DNA from: Alphaproteobacteria bacterium | Lineage (GTDB): Bacteria > Pseudomonadota > Alphaproteobacteria > Rs-D84 | Direction of reading: 5' to 3' | Length of the DNA stretch: 64,000 bases | NCBI GenBank assembly: GCA_017409215.1 | Contig: JAFQTD010000007.1 | Span: 6,850 to 70,849 of the forward strand | In this document: piece after piece, positions 37,664-46,556 of the stretch | Numbering within the stretch: the stretch's first letter is position 1 | Layout of the letters: each line of letters opens with the position of its first letter | The notes under the pieces: generated by a model | Told to the model about the DNA's origin: nothing | The model's input: only the letters and a program-made list of their open reading frames with translations | The model's database searches: none | Made by a program: the position numbers and the translations under genes

Positions 37664-38313
37664 ACAAAACTATACTAGTTATCGACGACGATGATATTTT
37701 GCGCAAAACACTCAGCACCGGCTTGCGCAAAGAAGGTTTTAATGTTTTATCTGCATCATCGGGCGAAGATGCCACCAAGATTCTATCACGATTATCTGTT
37801 GATGCAATTATTCTGGACAGAATGATGACCGGCATAGATGGACTCAGCTTTCTGCAACAGTTGCGCGCACGTGGCGACAAGACCCCAACAATAATGTTGA
37901 CCGCGATGGGCGGTTCTGACAACACAATTGCTGGGCTATCATGTGGTGCAGATGACTATCTTGCAAAGCCATTTCAGTTTCGCGAACTTATTTTACGATT
38001 AAACAACATAATAAAACATAATCCGAAACCCATCCCCCAGGCGCCAGACGGTCTTATTTTTGCGGACAACGAATTTTTCACGACTTCACCTGATACAAAT
38101 GAAAAAAAGTTATTAAATTTATCTGGCGAAGAAAAGAAATTATTGATTCAATTAACCTGTCCGCTTGGCAATATCGCACCTGCATCACCAATGGTTGCAA
38201 AACGCTTGCGAATGAAAATAAATTTAGTATCATCGACCTTGGACATAATAACAATTCGGGGGCAGGGCTATAAACTGCTGACCCGAAACAACCAACAAGA
38301 AGCACAAGAATGA
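37660..38313 (+). CDS. OmpR-family response regulator
   Basis: Receiver domain ILVIDDDD, IILDRMMTGIDG, MLTAMG, YLAKPF. Winged-helix remnant ITIRGQGYKL. Confidence 0.85.
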   Translation: MNKTILVIDDDDILRKTLSTGLRKEGFNVLSASSGEDATKILSRLSVDAIILDRMMTGIDGLSFLQQLRARGDKTPTIMLTAMGGSDNTIAGLSCGADDYLAKPFQFRELILRLNNIIKHNPKPIPQAPDGLIFADNEFFTTSPDTNEKKLLNLSGEEKKLLIQLTCPLGNIAPASPMVAKRLRMKINLVSSTLDIITIRGQGYKLLTRNNQQEAQE

Positions 38314-39590
38314 GATTAATACCACGCAGTTTTTCCGCCAGAACAATATTAATGATATTAATACCATTAATAATTGCCCAGGTTATCATTGCCAATGTTT
38401 TCTTTGGCAATCATTGGTCACGTGTACACGATACATTGGCGCGCACACTGGCGGGTGAAATAACCACATTAATGAACTTCATTGACGAAGGCGATATGGC
38501 AACAACTGAACGTATGGCGCGCGACATCGGCATAAACGTCAGCATAAACGACAAACTAAATCGCCCCGCAACCAGCGACAACTCCTCGCGCGAGGCTGGA
38601 AAACTTGCATCTGAATTATCACTGCGCCTATCACGTCCTGCACAGTTATACATTGACAAGGGCAAACGCTTGGTATTTGTTGACGTTGCAACCAAGGACA
38701 ACCGCATTGCGACATTTGGCACATCGCTTTACAGAATATATTCAACCAGTACCGAAGTCTTTATAATATGGCTAATTGGTTCTATATTGATTGTATCGAT
38801 ATTAATATCACCATTTATAATAATGCACACACGCAGCATACGCAGAATCGCACGCGCAGCGAATCGTTTTGGTCGCGGTCTTGATGCACCTGGCTTTGAA
38901 CCGACGGGTTCCAAAGAAATCCGCGAAGCCGCATCATCTATGATAAAGATGAAAGAACGTCTGGACAGATACAATCGCACACGCACAGATATGTTGAATG
39001 CAGTCAGCCATGATTTAAAGTCCCCATTAACACGTATGCGCTTGGCACTGGAAACGAATACCGCCACAAATGAAAGTCTTATTCAAGACATTGACCGCAT
39101 GACAGAAATGGTAAACGGCTATTTATCCTTTGCACGTGGCGAGGCCCCAGAGATAGAGCAAACAACAGAACTGCCCCCAATGTTATTACGTCTGGCGCGT
39201 GATGCCGCACCGGACAAAAAGATAATAACAAAATTCCCTGATGTGCCTGCGCAATTCTATGCACGTCCGATGGCATTGGCACGTGCCTTTGGCAACATTA
39301 TTGAAAATGCGGCCCGCTATGCAAATCGCACGATAAAGATAACAGAAACCGACAAGACGGATTCCGTTGAAATCACAATTGAAGACGACGGCATTGGGAT
39401 TCCAGACGACAAGAAATCCGATGCTATGCGTCCATTCATCCGTCTGGACGAGGCACGCGGAACCACAACCGGTGGCACTGGCCTTGGTCTATCCATCGCC
39501 AAGACCGCGATTGAAAATCATGGCGGTCAATTATTCCTAGAAGACAGCGAACTTGGCGGATTAAAGGTCAAAATTATTTTGCCAATATAA
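38310..39590 (+). CDS. EnvZ-like sensor histidine kinase
   Basis: Two TM helices. H-box MLNAVSHDLKSPLTRM, N box NIIENAARYA, G boxes DDGIGIP and GGTGLGLSIAK. Confidence 0.85.
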   Translation: MRLIPRSFSARTILMILIPLIIAQVIIANVFFGNHWSRVHDTLARTLAGEITTLMNFIDEGDMATTERMARDIGINVSINDKLNRPATSDNSSREAGKLASELSLRLSRPAQLYIDKGKRLVFVDVATKDNRIATFGTSLYRIYSTSTEVFIIWLIGSILIVSILISPFIIMHTRSIRRIARAANRFGRGLDAPGFEPTGSKEIREAASSMIKMKERLDRYNRTRTDMLNAVSHDLKSPLTRMRLALETNTATNESLIQDIDRMTEMVNGYLSFARGEAPEIEQTTELPPMLLRLARDAAPDKKIITKFPDVPAQFYARPMALARAFGNIIENAARYANRTIKITETDKTDSVEITIEDDGIGIPDDKKSDAMRPFIRLDEARGTTTGGTGLGLSIAKTAIENHGGQLFLEDSELGGLKVKIILPI

Positions 39591-39596
39591 ACAAAA

Positions 39597-39619
39597 AACA
39601 CCGTACATGGTGTTTTTTT
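39597..39619 (+). terminator. rho-independent terminator of the two-component operon
   Basis: aacacc-gtacat-ggtgtt followed by ttttt. Confidence 0.75.
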
Positions 39620-39714
39620 ATTGCGCTATTTTCAAAAAAGATATAAACTATTAAACGATATGACGATTTTGTCATATTGGGGTGTAACGACCCGTACCAT
39701 AAGCGTCCGAAGTA

Positions 39715-39742
39715 AAAAAGGCGCGCCGTTTGGCGTGTTTTT
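39715..39742 (+). terminator. hairpin terminator inside the 305-bp intergenic region
   Basis: A-run, then gcgcgcc-gttt-ggcgtgt (one G-U pair), then ttttt. Confidence 0.5.
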
Positions 39743-39895
39743 ATATGATGGATGAATTACATCTCCTGACCCATTTGGTCAGGAGGGCTTGCGAATATAT
39801 TGAATAAGCAGCACAATACTTATGGATTGTCGTTAACCTCCTGACCACTTTGATTTCATTGTGGTTTTTTTATTAACGTAGGGGGCGAAAAGAGT

Positions 39896-40114
39896 ATGCG
39901 ATTTTTAATGTTTATGTTGTTATTTATACCATTTATGGCATCTGCCAGCATCCCGTCAACCGCATATGTTCAACAACAGGTTGCAAACCAAATCGCCGAT
40001 TCTGTTTCAACCAAGGTCGATACATCGGCAACCGCGACCCAAACAATGGCGGGAACTTATACTGTCAGCGGAACATTTAATGTGCCAACACCAACATTGC
40101 CAACGGCAGAATAA
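39896..40114 (+). CDS. small secreted protein (72 aa)
   Basis: Signal peptide MRFLMFMLLFIPFMASA. Its stop lies 14 nt before the next gene's ATG. Confidence 0.5.
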   Translation: MRFLMFMLLFIPFMASASIPSTAYVQQQVANQIADSVSTKVDTSATATQTMAGTYTVSGTFNVPTPTLPTAE

Positions 40115-40128
40115 TTATGGGGGCAGAT

Positions 40129-41337
40129 ATGCGAAAAATATTATTTGCTGTGATTGGATGTTTTTCTGCGATATGCGCACAGGCAGCCCAGATTGCAAAT
40201 TTAGACTATGTACACAAATCGATTCAACAAAAGTGGGACATAACTATACCGATTAAGGCCGACAGTCCAATGCAGGCTGCGAATATGAAATATCTGCTGA
40301 CGGCGGTGGATGTCGCGAATGAAATTTTAAACGGTGAAAAGACCACCGACTATGGTAATGGCGAATTTGCGACACTTCAGGCCGCCGACACAGTTGCAAC
40401 AATTCAGGCAGTGGAAACGTTGGTGCGGAAAATTGATAAAGGTCCAGAATTCACCCTGACCACCACACCGGACACCAGCAGTTTTAGTTTTTCAATCAGT
40501 GCGGCGGGCGAATTTGTGGTTGACTGGGGCGATGGCACAGTCGAAACAATCACAAAACCAGACACAACAGATACAACATATACGCATAATTACGACACTG
40601 CCAATACATACACAATCGGCCTTAGCGGTCAGGCAACTGCATATAATTTCAGCAAATACACCGCCGCGATAAGTTTTCGTGTTGGTTCTAACACAAGTGC
40701 GAAAGAAACCAACGTAAAAAAAATCGCATCAATTGATGGCTCGTTGGGGGCAATATTTGGAACGCTAACCAGAAGCGCATATAACCAACCACAATTTTAT
40801 GAGACTTTTTCTGGCGCATCCAATATAACCTGTTCAATCCCCGCAAAACTATTTACTGGTATATCTGGCGCACCAGCAGAGGATATGTTCCGCAGCACCT
40901 TTTCTAATTGCAGTGGTTTGACATCAATTCCTGCGGGTTTATTTGCAGGTATATCTGGCGCACCAGCACCTTTGATGTTCGACAGCACCTTTTCTGGTTG
41001 CAGTGGTTTGACATCAATCCCATCTGACTTATTCGCGGGTATATCTAGCAACCCAGCAAGTCATATGTTCAGATTCACCTTTAAAAATTGCAGTGGTTTG
41101 ACATCAATCCCTGAAAACCTGTTTGGGAATATTTCTGGTACGGCACAGTATCAAATGTTTGAAGGAATGTTTATGGGTTGCACATCTCTAACTGGACCAT
41201 CTGCGCGTATAAATGGGCAATACCTGTACGAAATCTGGCCAACGTACCCCGGTTGGTTTTATGGGGCATATATTGGTTGTACAGGACTTAGTGATTATGC
41301 CACAATGCCGACCATGTGGAAAACAGACGATGATTAA
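40129..41337 (+). CDS. BspA-type leucine-rich-repeat surface protein with PKD-like domain; paralog of the giant protein N-terminal module
   Basis: Signal peptide MRKILFAVIGCFSAICAQA (alternative ATG 40117). FSFSISAAGEFVVDWGDGT...YTHNY...YTIGLSG. Four 30-aa repeats F..TF..CSGLTSIP..LFAGISG. Confidence 0.8.
   Translation: MRKILFAVIGCFSAICAQAAQIANLDYVHKSIQQKWDITIPIKADSPMQAANMKYLLTAVDVANEILNGEKTTDYGNGEFATLQAADTVATIQAVETLVRKIDKGPEFTLTTTPDTSSFSFSISAAGEFVVDWGDGTVETITKPDTTDTTYTHNYDTANTYTIGLSGQATAYNFSKYTAAISFRVGSNTSAKETNVKKIASIDGSLGAIFGTLTRSAYNQPQFYETFSGASNITCSIPAKLFTGISGAPAEDMFRSTFSNCSGLTSIPAGLFAGISGAPAPLMFDSTFSGCSGLTSIPSDLFAGISSNPASHMFRFTFKNCSGLTSIPENLFGNISGTAQYQMFEGMFMGCTSLTGPSARINGQYLYEIWPTYPGWFYGAYIGCTGLSDYATMPTMWKTDDD
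40798..41157 (+). repeat. four in-frame 90-bp BspA-type LRR units
   Basis: tgcagtggtttgacatcaat(t/c)cc recurs at 90-nt spacing (near 40910, 41000, 41090). Confidence 0.8.
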
Positions 41338-41373
41338 TCGTTCACCCAGTTTCTGTGTCAGTGCACAGAAGAA

Positions 41374-41410
41374 ACACCGGCACCCGTCTTCCCCGCCGGT
41401 GTTTTTATTT
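41374..41410 (+). terminator. rho-independent terminator
   Basis: acaccggc-loop-gccggtgt followed by ttttatttt. Confidence 0.7.
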
Positions 41411-41484
41411 TATTAAATACATCCTTATTAATCCCCACCACCACATCTTCTCTACACGGTACAATAATACCATATCGATTTTTC

Positions 41485-41513
41485 TTGACTTTTCTGCTGG
41501 ATTAACGCATAAT
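41485..41513 (+). promoter_or_regulatory. sigma-70 promoter of rplM-rpsI
   Basis: TTGACT (41485-90), N17, CATAAT (41508-13). Confidence 0.45.
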
Positions 41514-41552
41514 ATGCGCGCTTTAATTTATAAACCATAGGAAAAAATAAAA

Positions 41553-42026
41553 ATGGCAGCGACAAAATCGTTAAAAAAATGTGAATTGGATGCAAAATGG
41601 TATCTGATTGACGCAACTGATTGTACGCTGGGACGTTTGGCGGCATATACTGCAAACATCCTGCGTGGCAAGCATAAGCCAACATGGACACCAAATATGG
41701 ATTGTGGCGACCATGTTGTTATCATCAACGCAGACAAGGTTGCTTTGTCTGGGCACAAGGCTGACAAAGACCGTTTCTTCTGGCACAGTTTGTGGACAGG
41801 CGGTTTGAAATCCCGCACTTTGGGTCAAATGCGTGATGAAAAGCCAGAAAAATTAGTATTCAACGCAGTAAAACGTATGATGGGTCGTCGCACTGCAGTT
41901 GCATTGGCAAACAAACGCTTAACAAAACTGCACGTTTATGCTGGCGCTGAACACAAACATACTGCACAAAATCCACAGGTTATCGATTTTGCAGGCTTGA
42001 ATCGTAAAAACAAAAGGGGCGAATAA
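41553..42026 (+). CDS. rplM: 50S ribosomal protein L13
   Basis: [49 protein letters not shown]. Confidence 0.95.
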   Translation: MAATKSLKKCELDAKWYLIDATDCTLGRLAAYTANILRGKHKPTWTPNMDCGDHVVIINADKVALSGHKADKDRFFWHSLWTGGLKSRTLGQMRDEKPEKLVFNAVKRMMGRRTAVALANKRLTKLHVYAGAEHKHTAQNPQVIDFAGLNRKNKRGE

Positions 42027-42511
42027 TGGCAGAGGCAAAAAAGACAGTTGCCAAGACTTCTACAAAGGCAACAACCGCAAAGAAAGCAACTGCTAAGAAA
42101 GCACCAGTTGCAACACCAAAATTAAACGACGCAACATACGCAACCGGCAAACGTAAAGATTCTGTTGCACGCGTATACTTGATGCCAGGCAAGGGCAACA
42201 TCACCGTAAATGGCAAACCATCGGCTGAATATTTCCGTCGTGCTGTATTGCAAATGATTATTGCACAACCATTTGGTGTCACAAATCGCGAAACATCATA
42301 CGACATCGTCGCAATTGTTCAAGGCGGTGGACTGTCTGGTCAGGCAGGCGCAGTAAAACATGGTATTTCCAAAGCATTGGAAAAAGTTGAACCAGAATTA
42401 CGCGCTGCATTAAAGGCCGCAGGCTTCTTGACCCGCGACAGCCGCGTTGTTGAACGTAAACACTATGGTTATCGCAAGGCACGTCGTTCTACACAGTTCA
42501 GCAAACGTTAA
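42026..42511 (+). CDS. rpsI: 30S ribosomal protein S9 with Lys/Ala/Thr-rich N-terminal extension
   Basis: [33 protein letters not shown] and C-terminal [11 protein letters not shown]. Confidence 0.95.
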   Translation: MAEAKKTVAKTSTKATTAKKATAKKAPVATPKLNDATYATGKRKDSVARVYLMPGKGNITVNGKPSAEYFRRAVLQMIIAQPFGVTNRETSYDIVAIVQGGGLSGQAGAVKHGISKALEKVEPELRAALKAAGFLTRDSRVVERKHYGYRKARRSTQFSKR

Positions 42512-42532
42512 TCGTTTCAAACGACTGCAAAG

Positions 42533-42557
42533 AATCCCACCAATGTGGGATTTTTTA
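42533..42557 (+). terminator. rho-independent terminator of rplM-rpsI
   Basis: aatcccac-caat-gtgggatt followed by a T-run. Confidence 0.8.
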
Positions 42558-42626
42558 TTATTGCTTTAATAAAAAAACAGTGTATAATGCACCAAGCATT
42601 TCTAATACTAAGATTAGGGGAAACAT

Positions 42627-43934
42627 ATGTTTACAAAAGAAAAAATCAAAGATTTACATTATTCTGTAAATGGCACAATTTCTGCCAAAGACCTGCAAAA
42701 CGCAGCGGACGAAATTTTAATCGAACATGGCAAAACCGCAAAAATGCCTGGTTTTCGCACCGGTAAAATTCCATTATCAATTTTGCGCCAAAAATTTAAT
42801 GCATCTGCATATGGCGAAGCAATTGATAAACTGATGAACAAAGACCTGACAGACTATCTGACAGAAAAAAAGATACGTCTTGCCGGCGCACCTAAGGCTG
42901 ATTTATCCGGCTGGGAAATTGGTAAAGACGCGGAATATTCTATGGAATTCGATATTTTGCCAAAATTACCTGCAATCGATTTAGAAAAATTCACTGTGAC
43001 TAAAAAAACAGCAGACCTTGATGAAGCAGAGGTTGAAACCGCACTGGAAAACATTCGCAAAAGTCGCAGTGTCGCAGAAAAGCAAGACGAAAATTATGTT
43101 GCCGCAAATGGCGACGTTGCCGTCATTGACTTCAAGGGCTTTGTTGGCGATACTGCATTCGAAGGTGGCGAAGCCAAAAAGCACCATCTGATTTTGGGTT
43201 CTGGCGCATTTATTCCTGGCTTTGAAGACCAAGTAATCGGTCACAAGGTTGGCGATAAATTCGACGTAAACGTCAAATTCCCTGCAAACTACCACGCAGA
43301 AAACTTGGCGGACAAAGATGCAAGATTTGAAGTTGAAATCCACGAAATTCGCAAGCACATTTTGCCAGAATTAAACGACGAATTGGCCCAGGCCGTTGGT
43401 CAAGAATCTGTTGACGCACTGCGCAACCACATTCGCAATATCTTGATTGAACAATATAACGAAGCCGCGCAACGCGATATGCGCAATGAATTGCTGGACA
43501 TCTTGGCTGACAAGGTTAAATTAGACCTGCCTGAAACATTGGTTGCCCAAGAATATGAAATGGCAAAATCTGAATTTGATCGTTCTCATTCACATTGTCA
43601 CGATGAAAAATGCGACCACAAATGGGATGAAAAACAAGAACGCAAAGATGCCGAACGTCGCGTAAAATTGGGCTTAATCTTGGCAGAGTGGGGCACCCAA
43701 AACAAAGTAGAAATAACACGCGAAGACCTGCAACAAGCAATCTGGGCCGAAGCAGCACGCTATCCAGATCCAAAACAAGTATTTGAATTCTATAACAAGA
43801 ATCAAAATGCCTTGGCAATGTTGCGCGGTATGTTGTTTGAACGCAAGGCACTAGATGCAATGTTAACACATGTCAAGACCAAAGAAAAAAAGGTCAAGGC
43901 AGACGAATTGTTTAAACAAGCAAGCGTTCGTTAA
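42627..43934 (+). CDS. tig: trigger factor
   Basis: N-terminal ribosome-binding GFRTGKIPLSIL, FKBP-type middle domain (IDFKGFVGDTAFEGGEA...GSGAFIPGFEDQVIG), C-terminal arm. Confidence 0.93.
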   Translation: MFTKEKIKDLHYSVNGTISAKDLQNAADEILIEHGKTAKMPGFRTGKIPLSILRQKFNASAYGEAIDKLMNKDLTDYLTEKKIRLAGAPKADLSGWEIGKDAEYSMEFDILPKLPAIDLEKFTVTKKTADLDEAEVETALENIRKSRSVAEKQDENYVAANGDVAVIDFKGFVGDTAFEGGEAKKHHLILGSGAFIPGFEDQVIGHKVGDKFDVNVKFPANYHAENLADKDARFEVEIHEIRKHILPELNDELAQAVGQESVDALRNHIRNILIEQYNEAAQRDMRNELLDILADKVKLDLPETLVAQEYEMAKSEFDRSHSHCHDEKCDHKWDEKQERKDAERRVKLGLILAEWGTQNKVEITREDLQQAIWAEAARYPDPKQVFEFYNKNQNALAMLRGMLFERKALDAMLTHVKTKEKKVKADELFKQASVR

Positions 43935-43957
43935 TCCAATAAAACAACTAATAAAAA

Positions 43958-43984
43958 AACGTGCCATCGGCACGTTTTTTTTAT
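43958..43984 (+). terminator. rho-independent terminator of tig
   Basis: aacgtgcc-atc-ggcacgtt followed by tttttttt. Confidence 0.8.
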
Positions 43985-44004
43985 TACACAAAGCCTTTAA
44001 AAAA

Positions 44005-44025
44005 AATCCCCTTTTTCAGGGGATT
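44005..44025 (-). terminator. rho-independent terminator of 44029-46545
   Basis: aatcccc-tttttca-ggggatt with a T-run on the minus strand. Confidence 0.65.
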
Positions 44026-44028
44026 AAT

Positions 44029-46545
44029 TTACAACAACGGTGGGAAGCATTCATCTCCGCCAATTACGCAACACATACTTTCCCCATCAATCACCGCAGA
44101 TTCTTCACCCGTACAACATCCATTAACATCTGGCGGATTTCCATCATCACACGTTTCTACAACTTCTGTTTCCGCTATCATTTCAGACGTGGTTTGTTGT
44201 AATGGGGCTTCTTCTGCTGCATAATAGGCATCAGCAGCAGATGTTTCTGAATCCCCCGCCACTGGCGCACTATACTCAACCACTGGCTCGGTATATTCAA
44301 TCTCTGGTTCTGTATATTCCGCCACTGGTTCTGCCACATACTCTTCTGATGTGACAACTTGTTGAATCACAGGCTCTTTATAATCGACAACCGGCACATC
44401 GTTTTCTGTCACATCCTCTGCAACAGATACCGTTTCAGCAGAATCCACAGTTTCAACTGGCGCAACATAAACAGAATCATCCGCCGATGCATCAAACACA
44501 GGCTTTTTCGTTAAAACATCTTCTTCTGTTTCTACTTTTATCAGTTTTACTTCCTGATCTGACAAGAATGGTGACTTGTTTTCAGGTTCAACTATTTCCT
44601 CTACCTTTTTTTCTTCTGGCTCAACCGGCACAGGTTCTACCTCTGGCGTTAAAACAATTGGTTCTGGTTCTGTGACTGGCACTTCTTCTGGCTGAACTGT
44701 TTCATCAAAGACCACATCTGCCACAACCACAGATTCAACAGGTTTTTCCTCAACAACCACTTCAACAGGCTGCAACTCTACCGTTTCTATGTTTTGATTT
44801 TTCAGGTCACTTGCGTCTTCAACCGCCACATCATCAACATTTTGAATTTTTATCCCCAATTCAGGAGTCGTATTACCCGCCTTTTTCTGATAGAACCACA
44901 ACGTAAACACAGATAATGCAATCAACACAATCAACATAATATAATACATCACATTTTGCTTGCGCACATTACCCACATTAACATCCACAGGTTTAACAGC
45001 CTTTTCTTCTGACTTCATACCCACTGCCATTGGTGAAACTGGTCTAAACTCAGAACTAACAGGCGCAGGTTCCACCCCTGCAACCCCCTGATAATCATTT
45101 TCATTTCCGTCATCGGCATAACTTTCATCAACTTCTTCTGCGACTATTGGTTGTGGCAATATTGGCTCATAAGGGCGATTTTCCTCTGCCACTTCAGAAT
45201 CACTAACATCTGACAAATCATAGTTCATTTCAGGCACTTTCTCTTCTGCAACCTTTGGGATTTCCAATGGTGTAAATCCCCCCAACAATTCTGGTTCTAA
45301 TTTTTCTTCTGTATCCTGCGCATAGAAATCAGCAGGCAACGCCTTATCGTTTTCTGTTGTTTCTGGTAAAAACTCACCAAATTGTGTTTTATCTTCGACA
45401 ACGGGCAATTCATCAGGTTTATACGCATCCTCATCATCGAAGTGATACTGTTGTTCTGTTTCTGATTCCTGCAGTACCGGCAATTCCGCATCATCAAAAT
45501 CGAATTCCTCGTCATCATCCAACGCATCAAAGGCATTTTTCGGATTATACTCTACATCTTTTGTTTCATCTGCATTAAACATCGGAACAAAATCTGATTG
45601 CGGAACAAGTGGATTATCATCAACAGGCTTATCCCCCTGAAAATCAACAGGCTTAAACGCAATACTTTCATCCAGGACATCAGGGTCCTTGTTAAACAGC
45701 GGTTTTACTTCATCATCTGCCATATTTTCTGCCTCTTGTTCTAAATCTTGTGGAAAGACACCAGCGTCATCACCAACAACCTCTGCGACCAGACTTGTTT
45801 CCATTGGTTTTGCAGGCAACAATACTGCATCATCAACAGAAACATCTTTTAATTTATTCAAAATAACGGTTGCGGCATCAATTTCATCCTGCGCAGCCAC
45901 CAGTCTTTTTTTTGCTTTATCAAGACGTTTCCTTGCACGATTAATTTTTTCATTTGTTGAATCTATTTGCACTTCGGTACGCAAAATCTTTGCTGCGGAC
46001 TGTTTTGTTGGTTCTTTACCAACATCAGCGCGTTGCCCCCCTAATTTTTCGCGCAATTTTTTTAATTTATTTTGCAGTTCTGTTATTTTGTCTTGTGTTT
46101 TTTCGATTGTTTCGCGCGCTTTTTCTGCAGTTATTTCTGCATCATTTTGTCTTTCAGTTGCCGCGCGCACAGCCGCCACATCACGAAACTGATTTAATTT
46201 CAGCAACGCATCGTCAAAGTTTTCACCTGCAACATACAGCCTTAACAAATCGTCATATTCACTTAATCCAGAATATTCGACATCCAGCTTTTGATATTTA
46301 TTATCCTTCTTAGGGCGCACAGTTTCCAAATCAACCCCATAATCATTCATTAAAATATCATCCCACTTGCGATTACCGACAGGATTGATAACCAACAGAA
46401 CATTAGGTTTTGTATCATTTTCCAAGAAATCCAATACAAAGACCAATTTATTATCTGTATCATAGTATGCGCGCAACAACGCACCTGCAACATCAAAGTC
46501 AACAAATTTTAAGGCCTTGAAAAGATTCTCTCTCTCTGCTTGCAT
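44029..46545 (-). CDS. hypothetical bitopic membrane protein (838 aa): N-terminal globular plus coiled-coil region, acidic linkers, one TM helix, acidic Val/Glu/Pro-rich exterior, Cys-rich C-terminal knot
   Basis: TM helix VMYYIMLIVLIALSVFTLWFY. C-terminus CDDGNPPDVNGCCTGEESAVIDGESMCCVIGGDECFPPLL. Confidence 0.7.
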   Translation of the reverse strand: MQAERENLFKALKFVDFDVAGALLRAYYDTDNKLVFVLDFLENDTKPNVLLVINPVGNRKWDDILMNDYGVDLETVRPKKDNKYQKLDVEYSGLSEYDDLLRLYVAGENFDDALLKLNQFRDVAAVRAATERQNDAEITAEKARETIEKTQDKITELQNKLKKLREKLGGQRADVGKEPTKQSAAKILRTEVQIDSTNEKINRARKRLDKAKKRLVAAQDEIDAATVILNKLKDVSVDDAVLLPAKPMETSLVAEVVGDDAGVFPQDLEQEAENMADDEVKPLFNKDPDVLDESIAFKPVDFQGDKPVDDNPLVPQSDFVPMFNADETKDVEYNPKNAFDALDDDEEFDFDDAELPVLQESETEQQYHFDDEDAYKPDELPVVEDKTQFGEFLPETTENDKALPADFYAQDTEEKLEPELLGGFTPLEIPKVAEEKVPEMNYDLSDVSDSEVAEENRPYEPILPQPIVAEEVDESYADDGNENDYQGVAGVEPAPVSSEFRPVSPMAVGMKSEEKAVKPVDVNVGNVRKQNVMYYIMLIVLIALSVFTLWFYQKKAGNTTPELGIKIQNVDDVAVEDASDLKNQNIETVELQPVEVVVEEKPVESVVVADVVFDETVQPEEVPVTEPEPIVLTPEVEPVPVEPEEKKVEEIVEPENKSPFLSDQEVKLIKVETEEDVLTKKPVFDASADDSVYVAPVETVDSAETVSVAEDVTENDVPVVDYKEPVIQQVVTSEEYVAEPVAEYTEPEIEYTEPVVEYSAPVAGDSETSAADAYYAAEEAPLQQTTSEMIAETEVVETCDDGNPPDVNGCCTGEESAVIDGESMCCVIGGDECFPPLL

Positions 46546-46556
46546 TTGTTCACATC

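Noticed and set aside
39760-39850. SRP (4.5S) RNA, because of cctgacc / ggtcagg strings
   Set aside because: The conserved helix-8 motifs (GGAA tetraloop context, AGCAGC... asymmetric loop) are absent. The complementarity is better explained as alternative leader hairpins.
42583-42616. Third copy of the CTAAGATT block upstream of tig (actaagattagg) as part of the shared motif
   Set aside because: Only 8 nt match and the TCAAAAAT half is absent. A conventional TTGCTT-N16-TATAAT promoter (42561-42588) already explains tig transcription.
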